Assembly: GCF_000009045.1 (NCBI RefSeq)
Contig: NC_000964.3
Span: 3,630,001-3,662,000, forward strand
Source of the DNA: Bacillus subtilis subsp. subtilis str. 168
Lineage (GTDB): Bacteria; Bacillota; Bacilli; Bacillales; Bacillaceae
Length of the DNA: 32,000 nucleotides
Direction of reading: 5' to 3'
Shown: positions 9,787 to 18,655 of the stretch, piece after piece
Numbering within the stretch: the stretch's first letter is position 1
Layout of the letters: every line of letters starts with the position of its first letter
Position numbers and translations under genes: made by a program
Notes under the pieces: model-generated
Database searches by the model: none
Told to the model about the DNA's origin: nothing
The model's input: only the letters and a program-made list of their open reading frames with translations

Positions 9787-10269
9787 CTAAGCTTTTGAAT
9801 CAAACAGTTTCATTTTGCTACTTTTCGGCAGCTCAGCTTTAATTGATTTGCTGTAATTGAAGTTATTTTCCTTAGGAACCAGCATATCGTACGAAATAGA
9901 GATGAATTGCAGCGCGTCTCTTGTCAGCTGCCTATTCATCTCATTTACTTTTTTCAGACGTCCGAGAACTTGAGAAAGAGATTCGTATAGTTGTTCCAGC
10001 TCTTCCTTTTCACTGCCTGAGGTTTTGGCGATACATGCGGAAATAGTATTATTTTCGCTATATCCGAGAAAGGCCGAAGTTGTTTTGATCCGGTCATCTT
10101 CTGTCTGCGTGATTGCTTGAATATATTTTTGCTCTTTTGTCAAAATGTTAGAAAGCTCTTTTGTTTTGCCGGCTTTGAGCGCTTCCGTCTTTTCTTCAGA
10201 CAGCGTGAGCAGGTGCTCATGCAGAACGCAAAGTCGCTTCAATTGTTCAATAATTGCCTTCGCTGACAT
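9787..10269 (-). CDS. flgN: FlgN-family flagellar export chaperone (YvyG)
   Basis: 160 aa between flgM and flgK; FlgN-like coiled coil. Confidence 0.92.
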   Translation of the reverse strand: MSAKAIIEQLKRLCVLHEHLLTLSEEKTEALKAGKTKELSNILTKEQKYIQAITQTEDDRIKTTSAFLGYSENNTISACIAKTSGSEKEELEQLYESLSQVLGRLKKVNEMNRQLTRDALQFISISYDMLVPKENNFNYSKSIKAELPKSSKMKLFDSKA

Positions 10270-10284
10270 GGGCTTTCTCCTTTT

Positions 10285-10551
10285 TTATTGCTTTTTATAA
10301 AAATTAATCATATTTTTCGCAATATGATTTGCGTCTACTTTGTATGACCCGTTTTCAATTTGCGCTTTAAGCTGCGCAATTTTTTCCTGTCGTGAACCAG
10401 TGACTGCGTCGGATGCATGTTGCATTTCTTTAGCCTGTGATGAAATTTCAATTTTATCTTGAGGTTGTGCAACAGTTTTTTGCACCGCTTGCTTATCATA
10501 ATTTTTTTGATATGGATTAACGGATTGTGTTCCAAATTGATTGATTTTCAT
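10285..10551 (-). CDS. flgM: Anti-sigma-D factor FlgM
   Basis: 88 aa, [20 protein letters not shown]...[32 protein letters not shown]. Confidence 0.97.
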
Positions 10552-10599
10552 AGGATTCCTCTCGCTTTCCGTTGCAGTCTTTAAACAATCTTAACCCTT

Positions 10600-10626
10600 T
10601 TATCGACTGCGTTTTCAGTTAGTTTA
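10600..10626 (-). promoter_or_regulatory. Sigma-D-type promoter upstream of flgM
   Basis: Minus strand TAAA-15 nt-GTCGATAA, near-perfect sigma-D pattern. Confidence 0.8.
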
Positions 10627-10631
10627 GGGAA

Positions 10632-11051
10632 TCAGCTGTTTTTGGTATTATAGGCATAGTATGTGTCTTTTTTACTATTTTCTTTCTCGATTTTCAGAGC
10701 ATCCTCGTGGTTCAAATGATCCATTTGATCCTTAATATCAGACTGGCAAGCCTTGCAGAACTTGCCTTCTCTAATCGATGTCCCGCACCTTTCACAAGGG
10801 TATGCCAAATTAGGAAGATGAGTGATCTGAATTCGCTTCTGCCTGATGAATTTCAATATCAGCTCTTCTTCCACACCTGTTTCCTCAGTTATCCGGCTCA
10901 AAGTTGATTGCCGGTTTTCCTGTTTTCTTAAAAATTTATAGACAGTCTCAAATGATTTTTCTTCTTCCTTAATACACGCCTGACATACGGTTTGCAGCTT
11001 TGTTTTTAAAAATAAAGCATTGCATTTCGGACAATTAGCCAGTTCTCCCAT
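10632..11051 (-). CDS. yvyF: YvyF, zinc-ribbon-like regulatory protein of the flagellar cluster
   Basis: 139 aa with CPKC...CQAC and CERCG...CKAC cysteine pairs; conserved position between comFC and flgM. Confidence 0.9.
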   Translation of the reverse strand: MGELANCPKCNALFLKTKLQTVCQACIKEEEKSFETVYKFLRKQENRQSTLSRITEETGVEEELILKFIRQKRIQITHLPNLAYPCERCGTSIREGKFCKACQSDIKDQMDHLNHEDALKIEKENSKKDTYYAYNTKNS

Positions 11052-11124
11052 CTTTTTTTCTCCTTATTAGATAATATGCCTGTGTCAATTTCTAGTGATT
11101 ATATCGGCATAAAAACAGAATCAT

Positions 11125-11847
11125 TTAGCTTCTGATCAAGGTAAAAGATGACACTGAAGCGGCTTTTCCTTTTTCTAATAAGCAGCGGGCTGCGAAGTGC
11201 AAGGTGGCGCCTGTTGTATAAAGATCGTCTATTAAAATGATATTCATACCTTCTGCTGAATTATTTTTTGTATCAAAAATGCACTCTGACAGCAGGCGTT
11301 CTGTTTTCTTTTTCTTTGACTGTTTCTCATTATTCAGGCGAATGAGGGGATGGTGGGAAGGCCGGTCTAAACATTCTGCCAAGAGATGTGCCTGGTTAAA
11401 TCCGCGCTCTTCTTCCCGTTCCTTGCTCAGCGGAATAGGTACAAGAACAAAATGCTTATCGGGGTAAACCTTAGAAAAGGTTGAAGAAAAATCACTTTTA
11501 AATGCATTTATGATTTCTGCATCTCCTCTAAATTTAAAACGGGAGAGCGTTTCTTTCATCATATCATTATATGTGTAAACTGAACGGTTTTGACGCAATA
11601 GCAAACTGTCTCTGATCCTTGTTCTCCACACCTCGCAATCCCTGCATACGGCATGAACAGATTGAGGTCTGCCGCACAGGGGGCAGATATGTCCTGTGAT
11701 TTTCTTTAATTTGCTTCTGCAAGAATAACAAACCTTTTCATCAGGCTTTAGTAAAAAAAGGGCTCTCCATGTAACATCTTGAGAAAATTGCGAATCACAT
11801 AATAAACAGATCAGTTTATGAATGCCTCCTCCTGCTTCGTTTGACAT
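11125..11847 (-). CDS. comFC: ComFC phosphoribosyltransferase-like late competence protein
   Basis: 240 aa; CLLC...CYSC...CPLC...CRDC zinc cysteines and PRTase motif NIILIDDLYTTGAT. Confidence 0.95.
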   Translation of the reverse strand: MSNEAGGGIHKLICLLCDSQFSQDVTWRALFLLKPDEKVCYSCRSKLKKITGHICPLCGRPQSVHAVCRDCEVWRTRIRDSLLLRQNRSVYTYNDMMKETLSRFKFRGDAEIINAFKSDFSSTFSKVYPDKHFVLVPIPLSKEREEERGFNQAHLLAECLDRPSHHPLIRLNNEKQSKKKKTERLLSECIFDTKNNSAEGMNIILIDDLYTTGATLHFAARCLLEKGKAASVSSFTLIRS

Positions 11848-12107
11848 AAATCGCTTGGACTCTCTGAAACTACTGCAGCAGATTCAGCCAAAATGACAAG
11901 CATTGCTGTGTTTTTTTGTTTATCTACCAGCTCAGCTTTCGTATATGCGATCTTTTTAAAATCAGTAACGTAGGATGGACTCACTTTGTTTAAAGAAAGT
12001 GCCAATACATCGTTTTGGCATACTTGGCAAGTACAGGCCATATGAAGCTGGTCCATATATCGGTCGAGCAGTTCTTTCATTACGATTTCTTTTGAATTGA
12101 CAAGCAT
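11811..12107 (-). CDS. comFB: ComFB late competence protein
   Basis: 98 aa, MKELLDRYMDQLHMACTCQVCQNDVLALSLNKVSPSYVT; overlaps comFC start by 37 nt. Confidence 0.93.
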   Translation of the reverse strand: MLVNSKEIVMKELLDRYMDQLHMACTCQVCQNDVLALSLNKVSPSYVTDFKKIAYTKAELVDKQKNTAMLVILAESAAVVSESPSDLCQTKQEEAFIN

Positions 12108-12166
12108 TTTTACAGCTCCTCATCATCGGTTATATGAGTATACTGTACCACGTTTTCAAATAATGG

Positions 12167-13558
12167 CTAGTCTGTACATTCAACTTTTGCTGCCAATTCA
12201 TTCATTTCTTTTATATGCTTTCTTGCATCGAGCATACTCTTTGTTTTGCCGAAGTGAAAGTAAATGACATCGCCGTCCGCATATTCTTTATGCCGGCCGG
12301 TTCTTCCTGCAATTTGAACAAGTGCGCTTTCCGTAAAGATAGACGATTCCGCTCCTAGTACACCCGTTTGCACCTTGGGGACTGTGACGCCTCTTTCCAG
12401 TATTGTTGTTGTGATTAATAGATCGAGCTGACCATCTCTGAATTGCTGCACTTTCTCCTTTCTATGCTTGTCTTCCGCGTGCACAGATGCGGTTCGGCAA
12501 TGAACACCTTTAAAGCACGCAGCAGCCTTTTCCAGAATAGAAACGGAAGGAACGAATAAAAAAACAGGCCTCCCTTCTTTTACATGAAACTCTATCCATC
12601 TTTTCACCGCTGGCGGAATTTTATTTCGGTTTAATTTCTTCTTCCAGTTTCCACACCATACAAAGCGCGGTTCGGGTAAAGGTTTCCGGTGGTGTCTTGC
12701 GGGGATGCGAACTGAATGTAACTGTCCGTTCAGTGCTTTTCTTTTTAATTCTTTAGGAGGTGTTGCACTTAAATAAACGAGGGTGCTGTTTTTCTTTCTT
12801 GCTTTTTGAACAGCGAATTGAAGGGTTTGATCAGCAGAATATGGAAAAGCGTCAACTTCATCAATGATCATAACATCGATTGCATCTTTATATCGCAAAA
12901 GCTGATGCGTAGTGGAAATCATAAGCGGAGATAGCCGCCCTTTGTCATCGCTTCCTCCGTAAAGCGCTGAAATGTCAGCACCCTGAAAGGCAGCCTTGAG
13001 TCTTGGAGCAAGCTCTAATACAACATCGGTGCGAGGTGTTGCAATACATACACGCAGTCCTTGATTTAACGCTGATTCTATACCAGGAAACAGCATTTCT
13101 GTTTTGCCAGCGCCGCAAACCGCCCAGATGAGGAGCTCTTCTTTTTTTGATATTGCTTCAATTAAAACATTGGCGGCTTTTTGCTGTCCGCTTGAAAGCT
13201 TGCCATCCCATGTCAGCTTAATAGACTTCCAGTTTGATTCATTTTCCTCTTTCCATGAATATAAAGGAACCTCCTCACTCACTCTGCCCATCATGACACA
13301 GGAACGGCAATACAGCTTATTCTTTCCAGATGAGTGATAAAAAGAAAAATACCGCTGATCAGTTTGTCCGCACCTATTACATCTATATCTCCGTTTATTT
13401 ATGGATATAGAATTTTCAGCAGTGATATATCCATTCTTGATATGCCATTCAATCATCTCATCGGAAAATGAGAGCTCAGTCCTGAGCAAATGACGGCTTC
13501 GAAGCGTCTGCTGCAATTCTTTTGAAAAGGAACTGTTTTTTTCAACTGGCACATTCAC
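12167..13558 (-). CDS. comFA: ComFA DEAD-box-type ATPase for DNA uptake
   Basis: 463 aa; four-Cys zinc finger (CNRC...CRSC), Walker A GAGKTEM, DEVD box, TGRxGR-like motif. Confidence 0.97.
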   Translation of the reverse strand: MNVPVEKNSSFSKELQQTLRSRHLLRTELSFSDEMIEWHIKNGYITAENSISINKRRYRCNRCGQTDQRYFSFYHSSGKNKLYCRSCVMMGRVSEEVPLYSWKEENESNWKSIKLTWDGKLSSGQQKAANVLIEAISKKEELLIWAVCGAGKTEMLFPGIESALNQGLRVCIATPRTDVVLELAPRLKAAFQGADISALYGGSDDKGRLSPLMISTTHQLLRYKDAIDVMIIDEVDAFPYSADQTLQFAVQKARKKNSTLVYLSATPPKELKRKALNGQLHSVRIPARHHRKPLPEPRFVWCGNWKKKLNRNKIPPAVKRWIEFHVKEGRPVFLFVPSVSILEKAAACFKGVHCRTASVHAEDKHRKEKVQQFRDGQLDLLITTTILERGVTVPKVQTGVLGAESSIFTESALVQIAGRTGRHKEYADGDVIYFHFGKTKSMLDARKHIKEMNELAAKVECTD

Positions 13559-13580
13559 ATAGCACGCCTCCTTTCGAAAC

Positions 13581-13610
13581 AGTATGCCTGAATGAATATT
13601 TTCTGTCCAA
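13581..13610 (-). promoter_or_regulatory. Sigma-A-type promoter of comFA
   Basis: Minus strand TTGGAC-18 nt-CATACT, upstream of GAAAGGAGG and the comFA ATG. Confidence 0.6.
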
Positions 13611-13615
13611 CTATT

Positions 13616-13659
13616 AAAATAAGAATATAAAAAAATCTCCGCTCTAAAAACGGAGATTT
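13616..13659 (-). promoter_or_regulatory. Candidate ComK box pair upstream of comFA
   Basis: Minus strand AAAT-CTCCG-TTTT, 18 nt, ATAT-TCTTA-TTTT; resembles AAAA-N5-TTTT pairs; proximal box ends 5 nt from the -35. Confidence 0.55.
13633..13659 (-). terminator. Intrinsic terminator of degV
   Basis: AAATCTCCG...CGGAGATTT perfect 9-bp arms; minus strand continues as T-rich tract. Confidence 0.8.
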
Positions 13660-13663
13660 GGCC

Positions 13664-14509
13664 TTATTTAAAACACCAGCAAATTCCTAACGCACCTTCA
13701 CCCAAATGAGTGCCGATTACCGCGCCAAAATAGCTGTTATAAAATTCAACATGAGGATATTTTGCAGAAAGCTCTTCAATGATTTTCGCTGCTTCTTCCT
13801 CTCGATTAGCGTGGATAACAGCAGCTCGCATAGGCAACCCTTTACTCGCATCTTCGTCTAAAAGCTCATAAATTCGCGAAATTGCTTTTTTACGTGTGCG
13901 AATCTTCTCAAAAGGCACAATTACCTTATTGTCAAAATGAAGGATAGGCTTTACCTTTAGAAGACTACCAATGAAGGCTTGGGCGCTGCTTAATCGCCCG
14001 CCGCGCTGAAGATGGGCTAAGTCATCTACCATAAAATAAGCTCGAACTGTTTTTTTCATTTCTTCCAGTTCTTTTATAATATCTTCCGGCGATGATGCTC
14101 CGTTTTTGATTAATTCAGCAGCTTTAAGGGCATAAAAGCCTTGAGCCAAGCAGCTGATCTCTGAGTCAAATGGATACACATCAATATTGTCGACCATCGA
14201 ATCAGCCGCTGCTGCACTGCTGAATGTTCCGCTGATCCCGCTGGAAAGATGGATACTGATAACCGCATCATAAGACTTGCCAAGCTCTTCATACAACGCA
14301 ACCAGCTCGCCGATTGGCGGCTGAGAAGTCGTCGGGAGCTCATTATGTTTTTTCACTTCTTCATAAAAGCTTTTCCAGTCCAACTCAATTTCTTCACGGT
14401 AAGTCTCCTCCCTAAAAACAACCTGGAGAGGGATCATATGTATCTGATGTTGTTCACGCATTTCTTTCGGAATATATGCCGTGCTGTCTGTTACGACTGC
14501 AATATTCAT
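13664..14509 (-). CDS. degV: DegV-family fatty-acid-binding protein
   Basis: 281 aa, MNIAVVTDSTAYIPKEM...VISIHLSSGISGTFSSA, DegV signatures; next to degU. Confidence 0.96.
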   Translation of the reverse strand: MNIAVVTDSTAYIPKEMREQHQIHMIPLQVVFREETYREEIELDWKSFYEEVKKHNELPTTSQPPIGELVALYEELGKSYDAVISIHLSSGISGTFSSAAAADSMVDNIDVYPFDSEISCLAQGFYALKAAELIKNGASSPEDIIKELEEMKKTVRAYFMVDDLAHLQRGGRLSSAQAFIGSLLKVKPILHFDNKVIVPFEKIRTRKKAISRIYELLDEDASKGLPMRAAVIHANREEEAAKIIEELSAKYPHVEFYNSYFGAVIGTHLGEGALGICWCFK

Positions 14510-14565
14510 AGCTTCGATACCTGCCTTATTGCTTTATAACTCTATTGTAAGGGAAACGGCAGCCT

Positions 14566-14596
14566 AAAAAAAGACCTGCCTAGTAAAAGGCAAGTC
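14566..14596 (-). terminator. Intrinsic terminator of degSU
   Basis: Minus strand GGAGACTTGCCT-TTTACT-AGGCAGGTCTTTTTTT. Confidence 0.8.
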
Positions 14597-14606
14597 TCCT
14601 ATTATA

Positions 14607-15296
14607 CTATCTCATTTCTACCCAGCCATTTTTAATGGCGACCACAACGGCTTGCGTCCGGTCGTTTACATTCATTTTTTGTAAAATATTGCTGACATGG
14701 TTTTTAACGGTTTTCTCACTGATAAACAATGATTCACCAATACCGCGGTTGCTTTTTCCGTCTGCAAGCATCTGCAGCACTTCACATTCCCGCCTAGTTA
14801 AAATATGTAATGGTCTGCGGATTTCAGGGTAAACCTCATGTTGAGGGTGTGCAGAAACTCCGCTTGTTGCAAGGCGGCGGAATTCGTTAACGAGGTTGTG
14901 AGTAACCTTCGGATGGAGGTAAGATCCGCCCTCAGCCACTACTTTAACCGCTTCAATTAATGTATCAGCATCCATCTCTTTCAGCAGATAACCTCTTGCA
15001 CCTGTTTTCAGGGCATGTGTTACATAATTTTCGTCATCGTGAATTGATAGAATAATTACTTTAGATTCAGGATACAGCTCTACAAGCTGTTTTGTAGCTT
15101 CCACACCATTTACGTTTGGCATATTGATATCCATGATCACAACATCAGGATGATAGTGCTCAACAATACGAGCCGCTTCGTCCCCGTCATCACCTTCGGC
15201 TACCACTTCAAAGGTAGGTTCAAAATCCAATATCCGTTTAACACCTTCACGAAATAACTGATGGTCGTCGATAATAACAATGTTTACTTTAGTCAC
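14607..15296 (-). CDS. degU: Two-component response regulator DegU
   Basis: 229 aa, [20 protein letters not shown]..., LuxR-type HTH at C-terminus. Confidence 0.99.
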
Positions 15297-15378
15297 AAGC
15301 CACGCCTCCTTGTATTATTGTTCTATATACTCTAGCATTCGGTCAATATGCCTTTTGGCTCTATTTTACAAATCATAG

Positions 15379-16536
15379 TCAAAGAGATAACGGAACCTTA
15401 ATCATAATAAATGTCCCAAGACCTATTTTCGAATCTATTGTCATCGTTCCTTCCAATAAATCTACTCTTTCTTTCATGCCCAGCAAGCCGAATGATTTGT
15501 TTTTCTTCTCTTTCGCTTCCTTCAGGTCGAACCCTTTACCGTTATCTTTTATCATTAAAATCACAAAATCCTTTGTGATCTCAACTTTGACTGTAATTTC
15601 TTCAGATTCAGAATGCTTTAGCGCATTAGACACAGCTTCCTGTGCGAGCCTGAAGAGCGCAACCTCAAACTGAGGCGCTAGCCTCTGATCCTCTGTTTCT
15701 CCAATGCACTGAAAATGTATTTTGACCTTCCCGTTATATTCCTCGGTTGTATATAGATATTTTCTTAAAGTTGGAATCAGGCCTAGGTCATCAAGGGCCA
15801 TCGGTCTTAAATCATATATAATCCTTCTCACTTCGTAAAGGGCATTCCGAACATTTTGGCGGAGATTTTTAATTTCTTGGAATCCGTCCTCTGCGCCCCG
15901 GTCACGGAAAATCCGCTCGATTAATTCCGATCTCATCATAACATTCGCCAGCATTTGAGCGGGTCCGTCATGGATTTCTCTTGAGACTCTTTTTCGCTCT
16001 TCTTCCTGCGCCTCAATAATTCTTAAGCCGAAATCCTGTTTTGCCTGAGCATCAGCAAGAAGCAGTCCAACTTCGCGCAAATCCTGATTCAAGTAGTTGA
16101 GCACAACTGTAATTTGGCTTACTAATGATTCTGACCGCTCAATGATTTCCTGAAGCCCTAGCAATCTGCGCTCCAAATCGTCCCGCCGTTCGCGCAATTG
16201 CTTCTCACGCTGCTGGATCATCGTCAATTCTACCTGCAGCTTATGGGCTTTTTCATAAGCATTGCGGATTTCCTCTTCACTGAATCTATGAAAATTACGG
16301 CTGACCTCGGATAAACGGTTTCTCGCATGGCGAGTTTGCACTTCAAGTTTATCGCCAAGCTCAATCACTTCATACACCTGCTGTTTAATTTGTTTCAGTT
16401 CTTCGACCAGCTGTTCATACTGCTGGCGTGACTGCTCCCCGATTTGAAAAACCTCGTCCTTGCTCCCGTCAACGGTTTTCAGCATCTTCATCAAAATAGA
16501 ATCCAGCACTTTGGAATCCATCTTTGTTTTATTCAT
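15379..16536 (-). CDS. degS: Sensor histidine kinase DegS
   Basis: 385 aa, EEERKRVSREIHDGPAQMLAN H-box and DNGKGF/FGLLGMKERV ATPase motifs. Confidence 0.99.
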   Translation of the reverse strand: MNKTKMDSKVLDSILMKMLKTVDGSKDEVFQIGEQSRQQYEQLVEELKQIKQQVYEVIELGDKLEVQTRHARNRLSEVSRNFHRFSEEEIRNAYEKAHKLQVELTMIQQREKQLRERRDDLERRLLGLQEIIERSESLVSQITVVLNYLNQDLREVGLLLADAQAKQDFGLRIIEAQEEERKRVSREIHDGPAQMLANVMMRSELIERIFRDRGAEDGFQEIKNLRQNVRNALYEVRRIIYDLRPMALDDLGLIPTLRKYLYTTEEYNGKVKIHFQCIGETEDQRLAPQFEVALFRLAQEAVSNALKHSESEEITVKVEITKDFVILMIKDNGKGFDLKEAKEKKNKSFGLLGMKERVDLLEGTMTIDSKIGLGTFIMIKVPLSL

Positions 16537-16584
16537 AATTTCCCTCCGTCACGGCGTTGTCATATATTTTTATTATAAATGTAA

Positions 16585-16613
16585 TTGATCTGCAAATTAT
16601 GTCGAATTATAAT
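16585..16613 (+). promoter_or_regulatory. Sigma-A-type promoter upstream of yvyE-tagV
   Basis: TTGATC-17 nt-TATAAT on the plus strand. Confidence 0.65.
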
Positions 16614-16752
16614 GAAAGAATGCGTATATTCTAGAAAAAAACATTTTTATATACTATCTACTCTTTATGATACCAAAATACGCACAAAAATTCTAAAGAC
16701 TGTACGAATTTGTATAGGCAGTCTTTTATGCTTAGCAGGAGGGTCAGCTAGC

Positions 16753-17406
16753 ATGCTGCACAGCTATTTTACTGTGAAAGAAGCGGGAGAACACGAGATT
16801 GTTATAGAAAAATCGCGTTTTATCTGTCATTTAAGCCGTGTTTCTACCGAACAAGAGGCACAGGAATTTATACAGAAAATAAAGAAACAGCACTGGAATG
16901 CGACTCATAATTGCTCGGCTTATGTTATTGGCGAGAATGATCATATCCAAAAAGCCAATGATGACGGGGAACCAAGCGGTACAGCGGGAGTGCCGATGCT
17001 CGAGGTTTTAAAAAAACGCAGGCTGAAGGATACTTGCGCCGTCGTTACACGCTACTTCGGAGGCATTAAGCTTGGTGCTGGCGGATTAATTCGCGCTTAT
17101 GGGAAATCAGTGTCTGAAGGATTAAATCATATAGGTGTTGTAGAACGGAAGCTTATGCGAATCATGCATACTTCTGCAGATTACACATGGCTTGGCAAGA
17201 TTGAAAATGAATTAAGGGAGTCACAATTTCTGTTAAAGGAAATCCATTATTCAGAAAATGTTGAATTCGAAACATACGTGGAAGAAAAAGAAACCAACGC
17301 TTTTTCTGAATGGATGACAGAACTGACAAATGGAAAGAGTGATATTAAAGAGGGAGAGTTGACGTATCTTGAAAAAGCCGTCAATCACATAAAGGAGACT
17401 GAATAA
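16753..17406 (+). CDS. yvyE: YvyE, IMPACT/YigZ-family protein
   Basis: 217 aa from ATG at 16753 (MLHSYFTVKEAGEHEIVIEKSRFICHLSRV...) behind AGGAGGG; the longer ORF-track N-terminus is not protein-like. Confidence 0.93.
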   Translation: MLHSYFTVKEAGEHEIVIEKSRFICHLSRVSTEQEAQEFIQKIKKQHWNATHNCSAYVIGENDHIQKANDDGEPSGTAGVPMLEVLKKRRLKDTCAVVTRYFGGIKLGAGGLIRAYGKSVSEGLNHIGVVERKLMRIMHTSADYTWLGKIENELRESQFLLKEIHYSENVEFETYVEEKETNAFSEWMTELTNGKSDIKEGELTYLEKAVNHIKETE

Positions 17407-18581
17407 TGGCTGAACGCGTTAGAGTGCGTGTGCGAAAAAAGAAAAAGAGCAAACGTAGGAAAATTTTAAAAAGAATAATGTTATTGTTCGCCCTTGCACT
17501 ATTGGTAGTTGTAGGGCTTGGCGGGTATAAACTTTATAAAACCATTAACGCTGCGGATGAATCGTACGATGCCCTATCCCGCGGGAATAAATCAAATCTT
17601 CGCAACGAAGTTGTAGACATGAAGAAAAAACCATTTTCTATTTTATTTATGGGAATAGAGGATTACGCGACTAAAGGACAAAAAGGGAGATCAGACTCTC
17701 TTATTGTTGTTACCCTGGATCCCAAAAATAAAACCATGAAAATGCTGAGCATTCCGCGTGACACACGTGTGCAATTAGCTGGTGACACAACGGGAAGCAA
17801 GACGAAGATCAATGCCGCTTACAGCAAAGGCGGTAAAGATGAAACAGTTGAAACTGTTGAAAACTTCTTGCAAATCCCGATCGATAAATATGTCACAGTT
17901 GATTTTGACGGATTTAAAGATGTGATTAATGAAGTCGGCGGTATTGATGTTGACGTGCCTTTCGATTTCGATGAAAAAAGTGATGTAGACGAAAGCAAAC
18001 GGATTTACTTCAAAAAAGGCGAGATGCATTTGAACGGCGAAGAAGCCTTAGCATATGCCCGGATGAGAAAACAGGATAAACGCGGAGACTTTGGCCGTAA
18101 TGACAGACAAAAACAAATCTTAAACGCGCTGATTGACCGCATGTCAAGTGCAAGCAACATTGCTAAAATTGATAAAATCGCAGAAAAAGCCAGCGAAAAC
18201 GTTGAAACCAATATTCGCATTACTGAAGGTTTAGCGCTTCAGCAGATTTACAGCGGCTTTACCAGCAAAAAAATCGACACATTGAGCATTACAGGTTCTG
18301 ATTTGTATTTAGGGCCTAACAACACATATTACTTTGAACCTGATGCTACAAATCTCGAGAAAGTCAGAAAAACGCTTCAAGAGCATTTAGATTATACTCC
18401 TGATACAAGCACTGGCACTTCCGGTACCGAAGACGGGACTGACAGCTCAAGCAGTTCTGGCAGCACTGGCAGCACTGGCACAACAACTGACGGGACGACG
18501 AACGGAAGCAGCTATTCGAATGACAGCAGCACAAGCTCAAACAACAGTACAACGAATTCAACAACTGATTCATCCTATTAA
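17406..18581 (+). CDS. tagV: LytR-CpsA-Psr family wall teichoic acid ligase TagV (YvhJ)
   Basis: 391 aa, N-terminal TM helix, LCP motifs (GRSDSLIVVTLDPKNKTMKMLSIPRDTRV...YARMRKQD..GDFGRNDRQ); TAATG overlap with yvyE. Distinct from 306-aa LytR/TagU. Confidence 0.92.
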   Translation: MAERVRVRVRKKKKSKRRKILKRIMLLFALALLVVVGLGGYKLYKTINAADESYDALSRGNKSNLRNEVVDMKKKPFSILFMGIEDYATKGQKGRSDSLIVVTLDPKNKTMKMLSIPRDTRVQLAGDTTGSKTKINAAYSKGGKDETVETVENFLQIPIDKYVTVDFDGFKDVINEVGGIDVDVPFDFDEKSDVDESKRIYFKKGEMHLNGEEALAYARMRKQDKRGDFGRNDRQKQILNALIDRMSSASNIAKIDKIAEKASENVETNIRITEGLALQQIYSGFTSKKIDTLSITGSDLYLGPNNTYYFEPDATNLEKVRKTLQEHLDYTPDTSTGTSGTEDGTDSSSSSGSTGSTGTTTDGTTNGSSYSNDSSTSSNNSTTNSTTDSSY

Positions 18582-18617
18582 AAAATGCCCGGTCCTTTTA
18601 GAGGATCGGGCATTTTT
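18582..18617 (+). terminator. Intrinsic terminator of yvyE-tagV
   Basis: AAAAATGCCCGGTCC-TTTTAGA-GGATCGGGCATTTTT immediately after the tagV stop. Confidence 0.88.
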
Positions 18618-18623
18618 GCGCAG

Positions 18624-18655
18624 AAAAAAACTCCGGCACATAAGCCGGAGTTTTT
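18624..18655 (-). terminator. Intrinsic terminator of tagO (possibly bidirectional)
   Basis: AAAAAAACTCCGGC-ACATAA-GCCGGAGTTTTT abutting the tagO stop codon. Confidence 0.82.

Noticed and set aside
14607-15296. Possible hypersecretion allele of degU (His12 change)
   Set aside because: Residue 12 reads His ([13 protein letters not shown]), so no degU32(Hy)-type change is seen; I saw no obvious disruption in degS either.
16585-16752. N-terminal extension of yvyE in the ORF track
   Set aside because: Includes promoter and leader hairpin sequence; the ATG at 16753 has a good Shine-Dalgarno and gives the expected family N-terminus.
17406-18581. Calling this LCP gene lytR/tagU
   Set aside because: Sequence, length (391 aa with Ser/Thr-rich tail) and position between yvyE and tagO fit YvhJ/TagV; LytR is a shorter protein located divergent to lytABC.
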